A stretch of DNA of 63,836 bases, counting the filler, from Perkinsus chesapeaki ATCC PRA-425 (lineage: Eukaryota; Protista; Perkinsozoa), in the NCBI GenBank assembly GCA_013115145.1. It is 11 parts of 11 records of this genome, joined end to end, with 100 filler letters (N's around TTAATTAATTAA, not from the genome) between each part and the next. Parts side by side here need not be neighbours in the genome. Positions count along the whole stretch, not along the records: positions 58,394 to 59,501 come from JAAPAO010002196.1; positions 59,602 to 60,623 come from JAAPAO010002271.1; positions 60,724 to 62,515 come from JAAPAO010001782.1; positions 62,616 to 63,836 come from JAAPAO010002092.1; 7 more parts are not named here. One strand, written 5' to 3'. Within the stretch, counting starts at the first letter, position 1. Each line of letters starts with the position of its first letter. A model generated the notes under the pieces. It saw nothing but the letters and a program-made list of their open reading frames with translations. It ran no database searches and was not told where the DNA came from. The position numbers were made by a program, and so were the translations under genes. This document shows, piece after piece, positions 59,303 through 63,836 of the stretch.

Positions 59303-59400
59303 CGTACACACAACAATCGTACACATAAATTTCGTACACCAAAAACCCGTATACCGAAAACTCGTACACGTCAATTCGTACACAGCGAGAGCTCGTACAC
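59303..59400 (+). repeat. Spaced motif array CGTACAC x7 at about 15-bp period with variable spacers
   Basis: Motif starts at 59303, 59318, 59333, 59348 (CGTATAC), 59363, 59377 and 59394. Confidence 0.92.
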
Positions 59401-59759
59401 TTCGCAGCCATGCAACCCCCATCTTGGGTTTCCTAGCATAAAGGTTTTATGGCTGTCATGGTGGCGGTGTTAAGATGTGGTGCTGCTTCACGAAAGGTCG
59501 TNNNNNNNNNNNNNNNNNNNNNNNNNNNNNNNNNNNNNNNNNNNNTTAATTAATTAANNNNNNNNNNNNNNNNNNNNNNNNNNNNNNNNNNNNNNNNNNN
59601 NACTCGGCCCGGCGCGAGGCTGCCAGCTGTGCTCACGTTATTCAGTGTGTTAGTGTCGTAAATCCTCACCGTTTGGTCCGAGGAGCAAGTCGCCAGATAG
59701 CGACCTAAACGTCAGTATAAATGCACCGTAGGGTCGAACTAGTCACCCACCAGAGGCTG

Positions 59760-60520
59760 AGAAATCCATAGACGTAACCGGTCTGTCATTGTCCTTGTAG
59801 ACGAAGGCCAGGTCCAGATTGTCTATGTCCTGCTCTGACCATGCAATACTGGTGCTTGGGCCAGAACCAGCCTCGGCGGTGGAGGGCATAATACGTAGCT
59901 GCGGCAACCCACACTTGCCTTTCCCGTATGCCCCAAGGCAAACGCAACAGAGTTATATTCGATAATAACCTTTCCATGGCATCAGTGAATTAGGCATAGT
60001 CAATTTACTCATATACTATAGGGCTCAAAAGACCCAGATGTCAGACCCCTCTGAGGCGTTCTCCTTCACCTGCTCCTCGATAATCTCCTGTTCCGTTGTT
60101 ATTTCCTCAGCCACTTCTGGAGTGGAGGGTGCCTTCTGCACACTGGAGACATCATGAGGATTATCTTCCCTTTGCCCGACGCTGGCCGGCGACTTCTCCG
60201 ACCCTGGACGGCTCGGATCTTCTTGCTCGAAATCGTCATGGTCGTCGTCGTAGTCGTCATCATCAAGTTTGTTCCCTCTCCCCAAGAGCTCGTGGAGCTC
60301 GGCCATCTCCAGTATATTAAGCTCCTCAGTTTGAAAGTAGCTCTGCCAGTTGGTGACCTTCTTTGCTATCAATTCCTGCTTTATCCTGAACACATGACCA
60401 TTAAGCCTAGACTAAGGTCGTAGACTGTTCAGAGTTTTTCAAGGCTGTCATCAGAGGATCATCTTCCTAGCTCTACCCAATCGACAATGGCCTTTGAGCG
60501 GCCGATCCTACAGTAAAGTG
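59760..60520 (-). CDS. Internal exons of a hypothetical acidic protein
   Basis: Exon 60025-60393 rich in D/E, flanked by further coding-like segments with splice signals. Confidence 0.4.
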
Positions 60521-60723
60521 ATTTAAATAGAGCGTACCAGTAGTGGGATAACAGGGATATGCTCGACACACTACTACCGTACCATCGGTCGGGAATCCGA
60601 AGAACCTTGCCTGACATACTTCANNNNNNNNNNNNNNNNNNNNNNNNNNNNNNNNNNNNNNNNNNNNTTAATTAATTAANNNNNNNNNNNNNNNNNNNNN
60701 NNNNNNNNNNNNNNNNNNNNNNN

Positions 60724-60894
60724 TAGCATACCATAAAAAGCCGTCTTTGTATCACGTGGATTTATCCAGGGCATCGCTGACGTCACTACAGCAGAGACGA
60801 GCAAATCACGTGGATTCATCCGGGGCATCGCTGTCGTCACTACAGCAGAGACGAGTAAATAGGCCAAGGATGCAGAGAAAGACTGATCTTTCAT
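60724..60894 (-). CDS. 5' end of a secreted protein containing a 54-bp tandem duplication (60751-60858)
   Basis: LAYLLVSAVVTTAMPRMNPRD-LLVSAVVTSAMPWINPRD; runs into the gap. Confidence 0.5.
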
Positions 60895-61057
60895 TATGGA
60901 ATGGAGAATAAGGTTCTGAGCAGGCTAACAGACCTCAAAGGTATCAACTGTAGAGAGATTATAACAGACACTAGATCGATAGCAGAGAGGAAGAAGCCGG
61001 GCAAGACTAAGCAGAGCAACGGCGTATTTTTAGACCTCGTTCCGTGCGGCGATTATG

Positions 61058-61498
61058 TTAACTACAGCTTCCGGCCGGCGAAGGACGGACTGTAGGGGAA
61101 CGAGAAAAGGCTGCGCTATTAAGAAATAAAAAGGTACCTTCGAGGAAACCAGACCTGAAAGGACGGGCGATTTCGGTAATTTCAGAGTCTTTGTTACCTT
61201 TTCGGATCACCTCGGGGTTGAACCCTGTTTCCGAAAGCGAAATCCCTCTCGGCTGATTCAAGAATGTCCAAACCATCGGAGACTGGGTGAAGTGATCTAA
61301 AAGCGTAAGATGCTTAACCGGGATGAGCGTGGATACTATCATCTGGTTACTGTCGTCATCTTTAATCTTGCGGCGACTTATTTCTTCATTCACCACTCCC
61401 AAAAGCGACTTGGGAGCCAGCAAAAAAAGCTCGCTAGTGAACGCATAATCTATCATGACGATGAACGCTATCAGAATCCGCATTGTAAAGATATCCAA
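61058..61498 (-). CDS. Hypothetical secreted protein (probably spliced)
   Basis: Signal-peptide-like MRILIAFIVMIDYAFT; no domain recognised. Confidence 0.4.
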   Translation of the reverse strand: MDIFTMRILIAFIVMIDYAFTSELFLLAPKSLLGVVNEEISRRKIKDDDSNQMIVSTLIPVKHLTLLDHFTQSPMVWTFLNQPRGISLSETGFNPEVIRKGNKDSEITEIARPFRSGFLEGTFLFLNSAAFSRSPTVRPSPAGSCS

Positions 61499-62617
61499 CT
61501 AACTGAAAGCGCTGTGAACTGTATATTTAATAATGAAACGATCATCTTGACTGAGACAAGGTGTTTAGCCCAAGCTGTTTGGGCACAGCTTATAAACCAA
61601 AGTCATCGACACCGACACTTACCCTGCAGAGTGTCCGCAAACGAAATCGCTCAGGGCTGATTCACGAAATTCCAAACCACCAAATACTAGTGAAGATGAT
61701 TGAGAAGTGACCGAACAATCGCTTTAGAAAAGATGAACACTATTTGAAATTCTGAGATTAAGCCCTCAGTACCGTATGGGTAGCCCCACTAGTTCTGGCG
61801 TTCGGAGTGACCCCTAGAGAGTCCCAGTTGAGAAACCCAATGACTCAGCCGCCGCTGCTTGCCGCTGGTGCAGAGACTTCACTGGGAGGTTACCATTTGC
61901 GATTCGGTAAACTTGCGTGTCTTGTTTTTTCCGAGGAAGCGGAGTTTCATGGTGAATTGCTAGGCCATTTAATATGAGAATTAAACCTATTCTCCAAGAA
62001 AATTGAAAACTATCAGTTTTTTGTAAAGCAAAAGTGCCCATGGATTAACTTTATCTGCAAGTCTAGTTGATGCGGCAGAGATTTGTTGCTGAAAATGCAG
62101 ACGAATATTCTTCAGATGACCAAAAGAGGTCGTTAACACCTTACTGTATTTGACCACTTCCCAAAGCGTCTCCGAAGTATAGAACAGACCTTCGTATGCT
62201 CGGAACTATAACATTAAACGCACAGTCCCAGAAATCACAAGAGAATTTGTGTGATTACTGGGAATCCGCATGTGTAGGGATTGCTGCTAAGAGAGCTGAA
62301 GTAGGAAACTGTGTTAGAGTTAGACTGGTAGGAACCCACCATTCTGCCGCTATTGTACTGAAAACGCATCCACAGAGCGCCGCTACAGACGATGCCATGG
62401 CATTCACCTAGCGCTATCGAACATCAAACATAGTAATACATCATCAGTGAAGTTACAATTTGTCTTGAAGAATCATAAGCTTCGAGGGCCGCCTGTCGCA
62501 CGGTCGTGCAGTGGTNNNNNNNNNNNNNNNNNNNNNNNNNNNNNNNNNNNNNNNNNNNNTTAATTAATTAANNNNNNNNNNNNNNNNNNNNNNNNNNNNN
62601 NNNNNNNNNNNNNNNCT

Positions 62618-63836
62618 TGCGCGACCACTGTGAATCTCGCTCGCCCTGTATCCCGAAGGAGAGGCTCGCTCACACAGGTCTACAACAATGGTGTAATCTT
62701 CCTTGGTGGATCTGACTATGCTAGTAAACTAATCGCTATACTAGCGATCATCTTTCACTATGTCTATGTCCATCGAGCTCACCGGAAGATCACTGGTCAA
62801 CTGCAACGCCGATACAATGGTAAAAGGTTGCCCTTCATCGTCAAGAACACCATCAGATCATGTATACCCTGCTTAAGATCAAAGGCACATCGAGGTTTGA
62901 ATTATGTGTCTAGATCAGTCCAAGCTTTGGCTACTCGATCCATCTGGCAAGTATGTGGTGCTGATATTGTCGGACCTTATCAACGAGATGAACCTGAGGA
63001 AGGATCTGCTAAGATATTATCTCGAAAAAGGTATATATTACTGGTCCACGATGCCATCACCAGCTTCACTTGTGCCCGCATCTTGTATGATGCATCTTCG
63101 ATCTCTGTAGCCGATGCTTTCCACTCTATATGGTGTGAGATGGGTGCTCCTTCCGTGCTCATCACGGATAAGGATCTATCCGGCTTCATCAACCGTCATG
63201 TTAAGAAGAATCTGATTAGCCATGGTATAAGACATCTAGTACTACCCCCTTATTCTCCTCACCTATCCTTCTGGGAGAGGATCCATCGAGATTTTGTTCA
63301 GATGTCTAGAAGTATTAACTGCCAAGTTAATTCTGAGAACGATTACATCAAGTCCTATTTGCTGGCTATCAGAGCATTTAACTGTACGGCCAAAGGTTGG
63401 ATCCCATTCACCCCTGCATCACTTCATTTTACTTATCATCAACGACTTCCAGGAGATCCCCCAGCTGCTAATGATACCATCAATTATGATGCCCTATCTG
63501 CTGGTACCTATGACTCTGATAACTTCGGATTCGCAAGAGCTATGCTACCCTTTGTCAAGGAGATCCAAGAAGAAGTATCATCTAGTATCAACGAGTACAT
63601 CGAGTATTGGTACCACAAGCAAGCTGAGTATAGAAAGAAGATCAACCTATCTACGGAGACGACTTACCCCGACCCTAAGCCCTTTGATCTAGTCTTCATC
63701 ACCAACTATAGTGATATTGGTTGGTCTATCGGCAACAAGATGCAATCTAAGTGGGAAGGCCCTTACACTATCGCTAAGGTCCCTACATCCTCTACGATTT
63801 TGGTGGCCCCCGAGCTTATCTTACCTAACCGTAAGA
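62618..63836 (+). mobile_element. Uninterrupted LTR-retrotransposon integrase ORF (Ty3/Gypsy-like, GPY/F module), open at both ends
   Basis: Manual translation gives about 406 stop-free codons: HYVYVH..CIPC zinc finger, GADIVGP (D), LITDKD (D), WERIHR (E), SKWEGPYTI. Confidence 0.9.

Noticed and set aside
15044-62615. Repeated TTAATTAATTAA within N runs as a biological motif; apparent gene neighbourhoods across them
   Set aside because: Artificial six-frame-stop linker; adjacency across these joins has no biological meaning. Track ORFs containing X runs or ending in LIN are artefacts.

Overview
Eukaryotic genomic DNA, not one contiguous locus. Ten artificial N-TTAATTAATTAA-N linkers join 11 unrelated contigs: about 1-15043, 15144-18139, 18240-39601, 39702-40990, 41091-42996, 43097-53676, 53777-58293, 58394-59501, 59602-60623, 60724-62515 and 62616-63836. 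Three further plain N gaps lie inside contigs. Dense short GT-AG introns (about 40-60 nt), moderate GC and the gene families suggest an alveolate, most likely Perkinsus; this is inference and was not checked against a database. Recognisable genes are SDHAF3 (one long intron), three related cytochrome P450 copies (one complete, one pseudogene, one truncated) with non-canonical catalytic motifs, HIBCH, an intronless SLC35F transporter, a Kelch-BTB protein, an EF-hand protein, an OB-fold/CCCH/SAM-methyltransferase fusion, a DSP-fold pseudophosphatase (Cys to Ser), a Thr-rich mucin and several secreted or membrane orphans. Mobile DNA comprises a BEL/Pao pol remnant, a LINE RT fragment, a decayed Ty3/Gypsy integrase and an uninterrupted integrase ORF that the ORF track misses. 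There are several minisatellites and one contig of roughly 87% AT with no CpG seen. The most striking unexplained signal is a recurrent class of perfect inverted repeats with a single-base spacer (arms up to 21 bp, one about 35 bp near-perfect), often chained so that one palindrome's right arm is the next one's left arm. They occur in at least four independent contigs.
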